In this document: positions 39,278-49,255 of the stretch, piece by piece | Numbering within the stretch: the first letter of the stretch is position 1 | Layout: each line of letters starts with the position of its first letter | Sequence record: SRR31156797_1505 | Length of the DNA stretch: 53,855 nucleotides | Direction: 5' to 3' (one strand) | Program-made: the position numbers and the translations under genes | The notes under the pieces: generated by a model | Told to the model about the DNA's origin: nothing | The model's input: only the letters and a program-made list of their open reading frames with translations | Database searches by the model: none

Positions 39278-42153
39278 GCAATAGAAAAGAGACCATATTA
39301 GAAGCAGCAAAAGGATACAATCTCAGTGAAGAAGTTTGCAAAGCACTCGGTGAAGTTGCGAGACACTCTGAGTTTCTCGGGCTGTGGCTTACAAATCATA
39401 CAGACAATCTTTCCACTATAACGGAAAAATTCAATACAGAGAGAGGGTGTGATGACATCCTGAGTGACATCTTGTCAGCGGATATATTTTCGATGTCTCC
39501 TGATGAGTTTATGAAGTATATGCGTGAATTTAAAATGACAGAGTATACTCATATAGCAGCTTCTGACCTCTATTTTATGAAGCCTGTGGAGGAAGTTACT
39601 GCGCATATATCTGCTTTTGCGTCTGCGGTCTGTCAGGCTGGTTTTTTATACAGCGAAAATGAGCTGGAGCATGAATTCGGACACGCAGTTGACGAAGAGG
39701 GGAATAAGGTTGGCTTTTGCGTTGTCGGGCTCGGAAAGCTCGGCGGGTGGGAGCTAAATTTCAGCTCTGACATAGACATTATTTACGTTTACGGCACAGA
39801 CAAGGGTGTGACTAACGGTGCGAAAGAACTTGATAATCACGTTTACTTCTGTCGGTTAGCTGAGAAAATTACAAAATATTTAGGCGAAAGAACACAGGAT
39901 GGAATAGTCTTTCGTGTTGATCTCCGCCTGAGACCTGACGGAGATAAAGGTGCTCTGGCACTCCCGCTTAACAGCTATGAAATATATTATGAGACACACG
40001 GTCAGAGCTGGGAGAGGATGATGCTTCTCAAAGCTAGGACTGTCGCAGGCGACGAAGAACTTGGCGCAGATTTTATTAAGCTTGTTAAGCCTTTTGTATT
40101 TAAGCGGAGCCTTGATTTTAAGCTTCTCACTGAGCTTAAAGATGTGAAGCGCAAGATCAGCAAGCGTGTTGAGCTGAAAGGTAAAGATATTAAACACGTG
40201 AAGCTCGGTTACGGCGGTATAAGGGAGATAGAGTTCATTGTGCAGACCTTTCAGATACTGCATTTTCCGAAATATCCGGAGGTGTTTAACCGAAACACCC
40301 TCAAAGGGATCGATATGCTCCGTAAGTGCGGGATAATGGAGAAGAAATCGGCGGTGATTCTCTCTAAAAACTATAGAATTCTGCGCAGACTTGAGCATAT
40401 GGTGCAGATAGAGAACGAACGTCAAACGCATATTGTACCAGAGGATTCTCCCACATTTGACCTATATCTTGAAAGGGCCGGCTATGAGAGCGACGGCGAT
40501 TTTCAGTTTAAATATGCTGAGGTCACTGCTGAGGTTAATGAAGAATTTGGCAAACTTTTCAGTGATGACGAAGTGCCAGAGGAAGATAGCATGATGAACA
40601 TCTTCGACAACGAGCTTACAGATGAGGAGGCTGCCCTTATTTTGAAAGAGCAGGATATCCCTGATTCGGCTCAGTGTATGAAGTGTATCAAGAGAATCAT
40701 GCAGGGTGATAAGAGCAGGCGAAGGATTAAAAGTGATAAGAGTATCCTAAAAGCTATGCTTCCGAAAGTTCTGAAAGAGCTGAAAGGTCGTGAGGATGCT
40801 TATCAGATTTTAGTCAATTTTGAAAAGCTGGTGACACGCTCATCGACAATATACATGCTTCAGGACATATTTATGTCTGCCCCTATGATAATGAACAGGC
40901 TTATTAATGTGTTTTCATACAGCTCATATCTGAGCAATATGATTCTTGCCCACACAGACATACTCGATTACGTTTACGACCCGAAATCGACTGAGTATAT
41001 AGGGCTTGAAATCAGCAATGAGCTTTGGGAAAAGACAGAGAAATATCGTGGTGATACAGAGGCTGAACTTGAGGTTTCACGTATGCGCCATAGAGAATTT
41101 ATCTTCAACATCGGCTACGCTTATCTTAATAAAACAATCAATGTTATAAATATGATGCAAAGTCTTACTGAGCTTGCGAAGGGAACTGTGGACTACGCTT
41201 TCAAGACAGTTTACGAGGAGCTTGTGGAACGTTATGGTGCTCCACGCAAGAAGGATGGTGAGCTTTGCAGATATCTGCTTATAGGTATGGGTAAGGTCGG
41301 CAGTATAGAGATGAGCTTCGGCTCTGATATAGACCTTGTTTTCCTTTTCGAAGAGCAGGGTGTGACTGATGGTGAGAAATCTATAACTAATATGGAATTC
41401 TTCTCAAAGGTAGTCCAGAGAGGTAATTCATTTCTTAACACGTTCACAAGAAATGGTTTTTTATACAGAACAGATATGCGCCTACGCCCTAGTGGTTCAA
41501 GCGGGACACTGGTGATTAGCATGCACGCCTTTGAAGACTATCAGAAGAAGACAGCTATGGTTTGGGAGAAGCAGGCGCTCCTTCGCTCCAGTGTTATTAA
41601 TGATTATTCGGAGCTTACTGCTGATTTTAACCGTATTAAAGACAACGCTCTCTTCACATGTAATCTTGATGATTCAGGAGTGCAGGAAGTTTACGATATG
41701 CGCTTTCGTATTGAGAAGGAGAAGGGCGGTAATTATGACAAGAATAATATCAAGGCGGGCTATGGCGGTCTTCTCGACATAGAGTTCATAGCGCAGATGC
41801 TCCAGCTTAAATACGGCTGTCAGGAAGCGAGTTTTCGTACTCCTAACACCCATGATGCACTGCACGCTTTTAAAAAGAAGGGGCTTATTAAGGATAGGGA
41901 TTTTAATTCACTGCATAAAGGCTATCTCTTCTTTAGGCATCTTGAAAACCTTGTTCGTGTTTATGAAAATTCTGACACGTCTATACTGCCGAAGGCAGAA
42001 GAGCTTCGAGGTAAGATCGCAAGTTTCTACGGTTATAAAAATGACGGTGTCAACGCCCTCATGGCGGAGTATCAGAACATCAGGCGGTCTGTAAGGGCGG
42101 CATTTAATAGAGTGTTTGAGCGGATGTGTAATGAAGATAATTCAGATCATTGA
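39274..42153 (+). CDS. glnE: Bifunctional glutamine synthetase adenylyltransferase/deadenylase
   Basis: Two NTase repeats: GLGKLGGWELNFSSDID...VDLRLRPDG and GMGKVGSIEMSFGSDID...DMRLRPSG; GGIREIEF and GGLLDIEF. Confidence 0.96.
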   Translation: MSNRKETILEAAKGYNLSEEVCKALGEVARHSEFLGLWLTNHTDNLSTITEKFNTERGCDDILSDILSADIFSMSPDEFMKYMREFKMTEYTHIAASDLYFMKPVEEVTAHISAFASAVCQAGFLYSENELEHEFGHAVDEEGNKVGFCVVGLGKLGGWELNFSSDIDIIYVYGTDKGVTNGAKELDNHVYFCRLAEKITKYLGERTQDGIVFRVDLRLRPDGDKGALALPLNSYEIYYETHGQSWERMMLLKARTVAGDEELGADFIKLVKPFVFKRSLDFKLLTELKDVKRKISKRVELKGKDIKHVKLGYGGIREIEFIVQTFQILHFPKYPEVFNRNTLKGIDMLRKCGIMEKKSAVILSKNYRILRRLEHMVQIENERQTHIVPEDSPTFDLYLERAGYESDGDFQFKYAEVTAEVNEEFGKLFSDDEVPEEDSMMNIFDNELTDEEAALILKEQDIPDSAQCMKCIKRIMQGDKSRRRIKSDKSILKAMLPKVLKELKGREDAYQILVNFEKLVTRSSTIYMLQDIFMSAPMIMNRLINVFSYSSYLSNMILAHTDILDYVYDPKSTEYIGLEISNELWEKTEKYRGDTEAELEVSRMRHREFIFNIGYAYLNKTINVINMMQSLTELAKGTVDYAFKTVYEELVERYGAPRKKDGELCRYLLIGMGKVGSIEMSFGSDIDLVFLFEEQGVTDGEKSITNMEFFSKVVQRGNSFLNTFTRNGFLYRTDMRLRPSGSSGTLVISMHAFEDYQKKTAMVWEKQALLRSSVINDYSELTADFNRIKDNALFTCNLDDSGVQEVYDMRFRIEKEKGGNYDKNNIKAGYGGLLDIEFIAQMLQLKYGCQEASFRTPNTHDALHAFKKKGLIKDRDFNSLHKGYLFFRHLENLVRVYENSDTSILPKAEELRGKIASFYGYKNDGVNALMAEYQNIRRSVRAAFNRVFERMCNEDNSDH

Positions 42154-42652
42154 TTACGCTACTTTTGGTGAAAGCTCATATCAGATAGCTCAAGAATGTG
42201 CTCCATATGCCGATATAATCTGGTTTCGAATAAAGGGTGATGACGTTACAGAAGAGCGAGTGAAAAGGATGCGCGAGACCGTTCCTGACGTATTTCTGTC
42301 GTTGTCTTTAGATGCGGAGCTTGCGATGAAATATTCATATAATGCTGTTCAGCTTGGCGCTGGCTCAGATTTTGAGAAATATCCAGAGGTGAAGGTCGGT
42401 TATTCGGCTCATTCGATTGATGAGATTAAGAGTGTTGATGCGGACTATTACACCCTCAGCCCAATTTTCCACACAGAAAAAGAGTATGAAGTAAAACCAT
42501 TAGAATTATTAGATGTTTCCCATATAGACAAAGAGGTGTATGCACTCGGCGGTATTTCAATTGATAACGTCAAATCCCTGAAAGGCTACGCCGGAATCGC
42601 AGGTATATCATTTTATAAAGAGATCAAAGCTCTCAGGTCAGTCCTGAATTGA
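42131..42652 (+). CDS. ThiE/TenI-fold protein
   Basis: VGYSAHSIDE, LSPIFHT, VYALGGI, GIAGIS. Confidence 0.8.
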   Translation: MKIIQIIDYATFGESSYQIAQECAPYADIIWFRIKGDDVTEERVKRMRETVPDVFLSLSLDAELAMKYSYNAVQLGAGSDFEKYPEVKVGYSAHSIDEIKSVDADYYTLSPIFHTEKEYEVKPLELLDVSHIDKEVYALGGISIDNVKSLKGYAGIAGISFYKEIKALRSVLN

Positions 42653-43051
42653 TTTTGCCTCTTTGAATAGTTCACGCAGGTGCTTCGGTGTTCTTGTTGG
42701 GCGTTTATTTACCGAATCGTAAAACATCCCGTCCTGTTCCGATCTGAAATGCACTCCCTCACTTGAAGTTATCTCAAACTCTACAGACCATTTAGCACCG
42801 CTTATGTCTGTAACTTTCATTTCAATATAAGCATCGTCACCCATCCGCAGAGGCGTAAGGTAGTGAAGGTGAGAGTTCATTATGCCTGGCGAGATACCTG
42901 TTTCAACGGCTGTTTCCATAGAATAGTATGGGGTGAGGAAATCCGACCTCGTCTCCTCCATCCATTTCAGATAGGTGATATTGTGAACAATGCCCATATA
43001 GTCTACGTCAAAGGCGTAAATTTTCAGTGGGACTTTTGTACTCAGTTTCAT
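42638..43051 (-). CDS. 4HBT/YbgC-family acyl-CoA thioesterase
   Basis: DVDYMGIVHNITYLKWMEETR, YLTPLRMGD. Confidence 0.9.
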   Translation of the reverse strand: MKLSTKVPLKIYAFDVDYMGIVHNITYLKWMEETRSDFLTPYYSMETAVETGISPGIMNSHLHYLTPLRMGDDAYIEMKVTDISGAKWSVEFEITSSEGVHFRSEQDGMFYDSVNKRPTRTPKHLRELFKEAKSIQD

Positions 43052-43053
43052 TA

Positions 43054-44715
43054 TTAAGCTTTTTCCAGTTTTACAAAATGGGTGTAATAAACAAGTCCGC
43101 TGCCGGAATCCGTAGCCATGTTAGGGATAGCGTTATTGGAATAACCCTCTTTCATAGGGATGTTTTTCCAACACATAACATTACCCTCTTTTATCAAATC
43201 AGTAACCTCGGCTTCTACTTTAAAGCCCCCCTTCTCTCCGCTTACTAGGATATCGTCACCGCTTTTGACACCGAGCTTTTTGGCATCTTTGGTATTGATG
43301 CGAATAATTTGCAAGCCAGCTTCCATGCCGGGAAGTATCTGGGAGTTGAGGTAAGAGCTGTGCGAAGATGTTATGAGCTGAAAGCCTTCCTTGCGTTTAG
43401 GAATGGTTAGGTCAAGTTTTTCAGTTTTGTATGCTTCACGTTTTGGGTTGAGTTTCCCGATTGCTGATTGATCTTTTATCTCAATGGTAATATTTAACTT
43501 TTTGGCAATAGCTAAGAGAGCATCTGTGTCACACATCCCTTCGATAAGGCGTCCTCTTGAGTGGTCGTGATCAAAAAAGTAGCTCGCCATAAAATCATCC
43601 TGAGCAAACATTCCATACACTTTGAGGAGAAAATCTGCGTACTCAGAGGTCTCTGTATGGTTAGTATCCACAACGATAGTTTTAACCTTTGCCAAATTTT
43701 CCTTCCATAGATGAGTATCCGGGAATGTCATAACAGGGTTTGCCGCCACACAGACAAAAAGATCAAAATCAGGTAAAGAGTCAGCGATTTTATCAACATT
43801 AACAGAGCCTCTAAAGGACTTCTCAGGTGATTTCCAGAATCTTTTTGAGCCTTGACCGTAGTAGAGCATGTCATCATTTCCGGTTTTGACTGCTAGCCTG
43901 TTAATCCACTGGATAGCGTTCATGCCGTTTGTGTGTCTTTGTAGCCCGACACCTTGGATGTGAGCACATTTTCCACTCTTAACAGCGTCAAGCAGGTATG
44001 AGAAATCGTCAGCTGATATGCCAGCTTTTGATATCAGCTCATGAACAGAATGTCTGCTTTCCAAGCCTAGCTCAGTCAGGAGTGCACAGGCGATAAGCCC
44101 GTCACTACAAGGATTAAGCTGGATGTATCTGTCAGCGATTTTTGCTGTTTCCATCTCTACAGGGTCGAGATAGATGATCTTTTTACCCTGCTTCTTAAGA
44201 GTTTTGAGATATGCGTAAAGGTGCTGGGAGCATACGGCAACATTGCGTCCGTATATTATTATGAAATCAGCTTTTTCAAGGTTTTTGACTGGAGGGTTTA
44301 CTTCATCGCCGAAGTCAGTTGAGTGTGCGTCGCCGCCTGTGCTATCGCAAGGATTCCCGGATATGCTGTAGCAATTTTCAAAGTTTGAAAAGAGCACATC
44401 CCAGTATGACATATTGTAAGCGAGGCTGCCTGAACCGCGCATATATAGTATTTTTTTGTTTCGGAATTTTTTAAGAAGGGAACTTAATTTATCTATTGCG
44501 TCATTAGGATTATATTCAATTTTGCTTTCGTTATCTATCTGGTATGATTTGATATTATTGTTGATCTCTCGCTCAGCGAACACCTTGAGCTTAGAACAGA
44601 CAAAGCCTGTCTCCTGCCATTTTTCTGCGACACCTGTAAACTTGTACTTACCTTCGACCAGCTCCGCACTAAAGGCACAGAGGTCGGGACAATCCTTGCT
44701 GCAAAAATAGTTCAT
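43054..44715 (-). CDS. Molybdopterin-dependent oxidoreductase (DMSO reductase superfamily), compact
   Basis: CSKDCPDLC...CSK Fe-S motif, GRN, ANP...PD, ETSEYAD, C-terminal INTKDAKKLGVKSGD dinucleotide-binding domain. Confidence 0.85.
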   Translation of the reverse strand: MNYFCSKDCPDLCAFSAELVEGKYKFTGVAEKWQETGFVCSKLKVFAEREINNNIKSYQIDNESKIEYNPNDAIDKLSSLLKKFRNKKILYMRGSGSLAYNMSYWDVLFSNFENCYSISGNPCDSTGGDAHSTDFGDEVNPPVKNLEKADFIIIYGRNVAVCSQHLYAYLKTLKKQGKKIIYLDPVEMETAKIADRYIQLNPCSDGLIACALLTELGLESRHSVHELISKAGISADDFSYLLDAVKSGKCAHIQGVGLQRHTNGMNAIQWINRLAVKTGNDDMLYYGQGSKRFWKSPEKSFRGSVNVDKIADSLPDFDLFVCVAANPVMTFPDTHLWKENLAKVKTIVVDTNHTETSEYADFLLKVYGMFAQDDFMASYFFDHDHSRGRLIEGMCDTDALLAIAKKLNITIEIKDQSAIGKLNPKREAYKTEKLDLTIPKRKEGFQLITSSHSSYLNSQILPGMEAGLQIIRINTKDAKKLGVKSGDDILVSGEKGGFKVEAEVTDLIKEGNVMCWKNIPMKEGYSNNAIPNMATDSGSGLVYYTHFVKLEKA

Positions 44716-44803
44716 ACACACATTATCTCTTACAGATTAATAAAATCAATGATTTTTTGATTAAAAATGTGTAAAATATCGTGACGATACGGGAGGTAAT
44801 GAT

Positions 44804-45292
44804 ATGGCTTCATTTGATGTAGTAAACGAGCTTGATCTGCAGGAACTTGATAACGCTGTAAACCTTGTTAGAAAAGAGGCTGACAGCAGATATGATTTCC
44901 GTGGGACAGGTACTGAGATAGAGCTTAACAAGAAAGATAAGGTTATCAAAATTGTGACCAGCGACGACATGAAGGTGCAGGCGATCAAAGAGATGATGAT
45001 CAAACATGCAGCCAAACGTGGAATAGATGGAAGAGTTTTCGAATTTTCTGAGCCGGAGAATACCTCAAAGGGCGCACGTAAATTTGACGTAAAAGCTATG
45101 GAAGGTCTCGGTAAAGATAATGCAAAGAAGATAGTTAAAATGATCAAAGAGCTTAAGCTTAAGGTCAATCCTTCTATCATGGACGACAGAGTTCGTGTTG
45201 AAGGGAAGAAGCTTGATGAGCTTCAGCAGGTTATCCAGATGCTTAAAGCGTCTACACTTGATGTTCCTGTTCAGTTTATAAATATGAAATAG
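44804..45292 (+). CDS. yajQ: YajQ family nucleotide/c-di-GMP-binding protein
   Basis: MASFDVV, ELDNAV, RYDFRG, KLKV, RVEGKKLDELQ. Confidence 0.95.
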   Translation: MASFDVVNELDLQELDNAVNLVRKEADSRYDFRGTGTEIELNKKDKVIKIVTSDDMKVQAIKEMMIKHAAKRGIDGRVFEFSEPENTSKGARKFDVKAMEGLGKDNAKKIVKMIKELKLKVNPSIMDDRVRVEGKKLDELQQVIQMLKASTLDVPVQFINMK

Positions 45293-45323
45293 CCCCCAGC
45301 GAAAGCACGGGTACTTAGTTAAT

Positions 45324-45356
45324 AAAAAAGGGGGCTTAATTGCCCCCATGTTTTTT
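45324..45356. terminator. Bidirectional intrinsic terminator between yajQ and rfbA
   Basis: A-tract, GGGGGC-TTAATT-GCCCCC (45330-45347), then T-tract. Confidence 0.75.
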
Positions 45357-46245
45357 AGAAGTTAGGTATCTTTTCGTCGACAACGTCTTTAAGATATTTG
45401 CCGTACTGATTTTTTTCCATCAGTTTAGCTTTTTCGAGCACTTTCTCTTTTGAAATCCAGCCTCTATGGTAAGCAATTTCTTCTACACATGCGATTTTTA
45501 CACCCTTTCTCTTTTCTATAATGTGTATGAACTCAGAGGCTTCCAGCAGACTTTCATGTGTGCCTGTATCTAGCCATGCAAAACCACGACCAAGAAGTTC
45601 AATACGGACATTATTCTGTCTGAGGTATTCGTTGTTTACAGAAGTTATTTCAAGCTCGCCTCGTGCTGACGGTTTGACATTTTTTGAGATATTAACACAT
45701 CTGTTATCATAAAAATATAAGCCAGTAACTGCAAAGTTTGATTTAGGTTCACTCGGTTTTTCTACTATAGAGAGCACATTGCCGTCTTTGTCAAATTCTG
45801 CTACGCCATACCTTTCAGGGTCATCAACAAAATAGCCGAAGAGTGATGCGCCGCCCTTGGTTTCGACATCGGTTCGTGCTTTGCTGAGAAGCTCTGATAG
45901 TCCCCGACCATAGAAGAGGTTATCTCCGAGAATCATACAGCAGCAGTCGTCACCAATAAACTCATCTCCGAGAATAAATGCTTCTGCGAGTCCGTTTGGT
46001 GCTTCCTGAATTTTATAGCTTAGGTTAAGCCCAAGGTCTGAACCGTCGCCGAAAAGATCTTCAAATTTATGTGTATCTTCAGGTGTGCTGATTATCAATA
46101 TATCTTTAATCCCTGCCAGCATAAGAGTTGACAACGGATAGTAGATCATTGGTTTGTCATAAATGGGTAAGAGCTGTTTGCATATTGTTTTAGTTGAGGG
46201 GTAAAGGCGGGTGCCTGAGCCACCGGCTAGAATAATTCCTTTCAT
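45355..46245 (-). CDS. rfbA: Glucose-1-phosphate thymidylyltransferase
   Basis: [51 protein letters not shown] 46245 follows GGAG. Confidence 0.98.
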   Translation of the reverse strand: MKGIILAGGSGTRLYPSTKTICKQLLPIYDKPMIYYPLSTLMLAGIKDILIISTPEDTHKFEDLFGDGSDLGLNLSYKIQEAPNGLAEAFILGDEFIGDDCCCMILGDNLFYGRGLSELLSKARTDVETKGGASLFGYFVDDPERYGVAEFDKDGNVLSIVEKPSEPKSNFAVTGLYFYDNRCVNISKNVKPSARGELEITSVNNEYLRQNNVRIELLGRGFAWLDTGTHESLLEASEFIHIIEKRKGVKIACVEEIAYHRGWISKEKVLEKAKLMEKNQYGKYLKDVVDEKIPNF

Positions 46246-46297
46246 CTGAGTCTCCAAAATGTATTTAATTGCATATTTGCAAAAAAATTAAATATTG

Positions 46298-47764
46298 TCA
46301 TTTGTTTTTTAACCTTTCGGTGAGTGAAATTTTCACAGCCTTTAGCACTTCGAGTCTGGCAAATTTCTTGTCATTTGCAGATATTACATACCATGGAGCC
46401 TCTTTTGTATTGGTTTTAAAGAACATTTCATTATACGCATCAGTATATTCAGGTGTTCTGTCTCTGTTGCGATAGTCCTCTTCAGTGATCTTGTGCTGCT
46501 TCCATGGGATCTCCTCTCGCTGCTGGAAACGATTGAGCTGTTCCTCCGAGCTTATATGGAGGAAAAACTTCATCAGCATCACCCCTCTCTCAGAAAGGTG
46601 AGCCTCAAAGTCGTTAATTTCGTCGTAAGCACGGAACCACTCCCCTTGATTAGCGTAGCCTTCGATACGTTCAACCAGAACACGTCCGTACCAGGATCTG
46701 TCAAATATTGTGATATGTCCTGCATGAGGGACTTTACGCCAGAACCGCCAGAGGTAATGCCTCGAAAGCTCCTCCTGAGTAGGTGCGGCGATAGAAATAA
46801 CCTTGGATAGTCTAAGATCCACAGCTCTTAATAGCCTGCGGATACACCCACCCTTTCCTGCTGCATCCCACCCCTCGAAAACAAGCATAGAGCTAAGTCC
46901 TCTATCGTATGCTTCCCATGCGAGCGGTTTAATATCAGTGACAAGCTGGCTGAGCTCAGCTTTATAATCTTCTGCAACAGGTGTCAGGTCAGTATTACCT
47001 AGCACATTAGGGAAGGCTATCCCTTCTGCGTTAACAGTGTCGTTTTTCGGCATGCGCCCTTCGAGAGCTTTTTTCATCGCCTCAAGTATTATCTGCAGAA
47101 AACGTATTTCACGGTATCTCTTATCGGTGCAGTCAACAATTTCCCACGGTGCAAACTCAGTGTGAGTGTTACGGTAAGCTGTTTCAGCTGCATCGACTAT
47201 CTTGTCATATTTTGAATAATACCAGTTGGCACGCTCTGTGACTTCTTCAACCTGGTCAGAGTTTTCTCTAAGTTTCTCATGGCGTTTTTTCTGCTCTTTC
47301 TTGCTGATGTGTGCCCATATTTTCACAATGACTGTTCCGTCGAGGGCGAGCATCTTTTCAAATTTTGCCGCAGTCTCCATCTTTTCTATGAAAGCTTCTT
47401 CAGAATCTTGCTCTTCGATCATTTTTCTTATCGAGCGTTCATACCATCCGTTAAAATATACGCCTAGGTTCCCGCCCATAGGCATCGCTTCCCAGAAACG
47501 CCAGTAGTAAGGTCTGTCTGCCTGATCGCTAGATTCCTGCCAGAAGGTATTAACCTCCAGCAGTCTTGAGTCCATAACGTCAGCCAGCGCATTAGACATC
47601 TCACCCTTTCCTGCACCGTCAAGCCCTGTCAGGACAAGGAGCATAGGTCGCTTGTACTCTTTAAATTTATATTGTGTACGGATAAGCTCAGTACGAAGTT
47701 CGAGCAGTTGTGTTTCGTAATCTTCCTTAGACATTTTCTCTTCTGGTTTGAAATCATTAAACAT
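46298..47764 (-). CDS. ppk2: Two-domain polyphosphate kinase 2 (polyP:AMP phosphotransferase type)
   Basis: GLDGAGKG and EGWDAAGKGG P-loops, YLWRFW, FDRSWYGRVLVERIEG, WKQHKITEEDYRNR. Confidence 0.93.
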   Translation of the reverse strand: MFNDFKPEEKMSKEDYETQLLELRTELIRTQYKFKEYKRPMLLVLTGLDGAGKGEMSNALADVMDSRLLEVNTFWQESSDQADRPYYWRFWEAMPMGGNLGVYFNGWYERSIRKMIEEQDSEEAFIEKMETAAKFEKMLALDGTVIVKIWAHISKKEQKKRHEKLRENSDQVEEVTERANWYYSKYDKIVDAAETAYRNTHTEFAPWEIVDCTDKRYREIRFLQIILEAMKKALEGRMPKNDTVNAEGIAFPNVLGNTDLTPVAEDYKAELSQLVTDIKPLAWEAYDRGLSSMLVFEGWDAAGKGGCIRRLLRAVDLRLSKVISIAAPTQEELSRHYLWRFWRKVPHAGHITIFDRSWYGRVLVERIEGYANQGEWFRAYDEINDFEAHLSERGVMLMKFFLHISSEEQLNRFQQREEIPWKQHKITEEDYRNRDRTPEYTDAYNEMFFKTNTKEAPWYVISANDKKFARLEVLKAVKISLTERLKNK

Positions 47765-47843
47765 ATATTCCCCCCGTTTCAGTAGTTGCTAATTAAATGT
47801 GGTTAATGGTTATTAAATATTATAACATAACTGAGAGGTAATT

Positions 47844-48590
47844 ATGCTTTCATCAGCTTTTGTAGTTGGGATATTTTTTGTTTTTGTTCTGATCGTCTCA
47901 TCTAAAAGGGGGATGCAGCTGGAAAAGCAGATTGGGGTGGCTGGCATCAGGTCTGTTGTTCAGATGTTTGCTATGGGGTTTGCCCTTGAGTATATCTTTG
48001 AGCTTGAGCAGGTGTGGCACGTCTTCTATTTCGCCGCTTTTATGGCTATGTTCGCCTCGCACACAGCTAATTCCAGACTTGATATGGACTGTAGGTGCTA
48101 TATAAGGGCGTTCCTTGCGATATATATTCCATCTATGATAGGGCTTTTACCAGTTTTCCTGACTGGAGCTGTCCCTGCGAAGATGAGCGCAGTTTTACCC
48201 GTTGCTGGTATGGCGCTCGGTAATTCTATGAACGCATACACCCTATCGCTCGACAGGCTTAAGGCTGAGAGTAAATCAAATCTTGCAAATATAGAAGGTC
48301 AGCTTGCGCTCGGGCTAACACTGAAAGCGGCTATGCGTGATTCGGTGAATACATCTATCAAGGCTGCTATGAAGCCTATACTTAACAACATAGCATCGCT
48401 TGGAGTTGTGCTCCTCCCGGGGCTTGCGACAGGTCTCCTGATAGCTGGTGTTGCACCGCTTACTGCTGTGATTTATCAGCTTGTGATAATGTATATGATA
48501 ATGTCTGTAAATGTATTTACATCTGTTATTGCGTGCAATATGTTTACATTGAGGGTTCTAATGTCAGCAGCAAGTGAGGGTAAGTCGTGA
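47844..48590 (+). CDS. UPF0014/FetB-like ABC permease
   Basis: RSVVQM, PVAGMALGNSMN, LGVVLLPG..TG...AG..P..AV.YQ. Confidence 0.88.
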   Translation: MLSSAFVVGIFFVFVLIVSSKRGMQLEKQIGVAGIRSVVQMFAMGFALEYIFELEQVWHVFYFAAFMAMFASHTANSRLDMDCRCYIRAFLAIYIPSMIGLLPVFLTGAVPAKMSAVLPVAGMALGNSMNAYTLSLDRLKAESKSNLANIEGQLALGLTLKAAMRDSVNTSIKAAMKPILNNIASLGVVLLPGLATGLLIAGVAPLTAVIYQLVIMYMIMSVNVFTSVIACNMFTLRVLMSAASEGKS

Positions 48591-49192
48591 CACTTTTCCA
48601 ACTTCTCGATTTCACAGGGACGGTCGCTTTTGCGGCTTCTGGAGCTATTGCTGGAGCTAGGAAAGATCTTGATCTTTACGGTATATGCTTTCTCGCTTTC
48701 ATGACGGCTGTTGGCGGCGGGACAGTCCGTGATGCTCTTCTCGGCCGTGTTCCTCCATTCTCATTTACAGATATTAATTACTTTATACTTTCAATAGTGA
48801 CAGCTATCGCTGTTTTCGCATTTTATAAACATATGAAAAAGACCTACTCCATGCTTGTCTGGTTTGATGCTCTCGGGCTTGGTGTTTTTAATGTTATCGG
48901 TCTGACAATCGCACTTGAGAGCGGTGTTGGCTATTTTGGTGCTATCTGCTTCGGTGTTATAACAGGTACTGGTGGCGGCATGATGCGCGATATTCTCATC
49001 AGCGAGATACCTTTTGTGCTCAAACGTGAGGTGTACGCTACAGCATGTATACTGTCCGGACTTCTATTTTGTTTGCTTCACTATTTTCAGGTTAATCTAC
49101 AGATTAATATGGCGGTTTCATCATTTATCCTCTTTGCTGTGCGGATGATAGCCGTTAAAAGAGATCTGCACATACCTAAAATCGCACCTTAA
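48587..49192 (+). CDS. TRIC channel / UPF0126 family membrane protein
   Basis: Duplicated TAVGGGTVRD and TGTGGGMMRD; DALGL, EVYA. Confidence 0.92.
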   Translation: MTLFQLLDFTGTVAFAASGAIAGARKDLDLYGICFLAFMTAVGGGTVRDALLGRVPPFSFTDINYFILSIVTAIAVFAFYKHMKKTYSMLVWFDALGLGVFNVIGLTIALESGVGYFGAICFGVITGTGGGMMRDILISEIPFVLKREVYATACILSGLLFCLLHYFQVNLQINMAVSSFILFAVRMIAVKRDLHIPKIAP

Positions 49193-49255
49193 AGCAATTT
49201 TAAAACAGCTAAAATGAAAGTTGTGTTTTTTCATAGAGTTGCTTAATATAATCAT

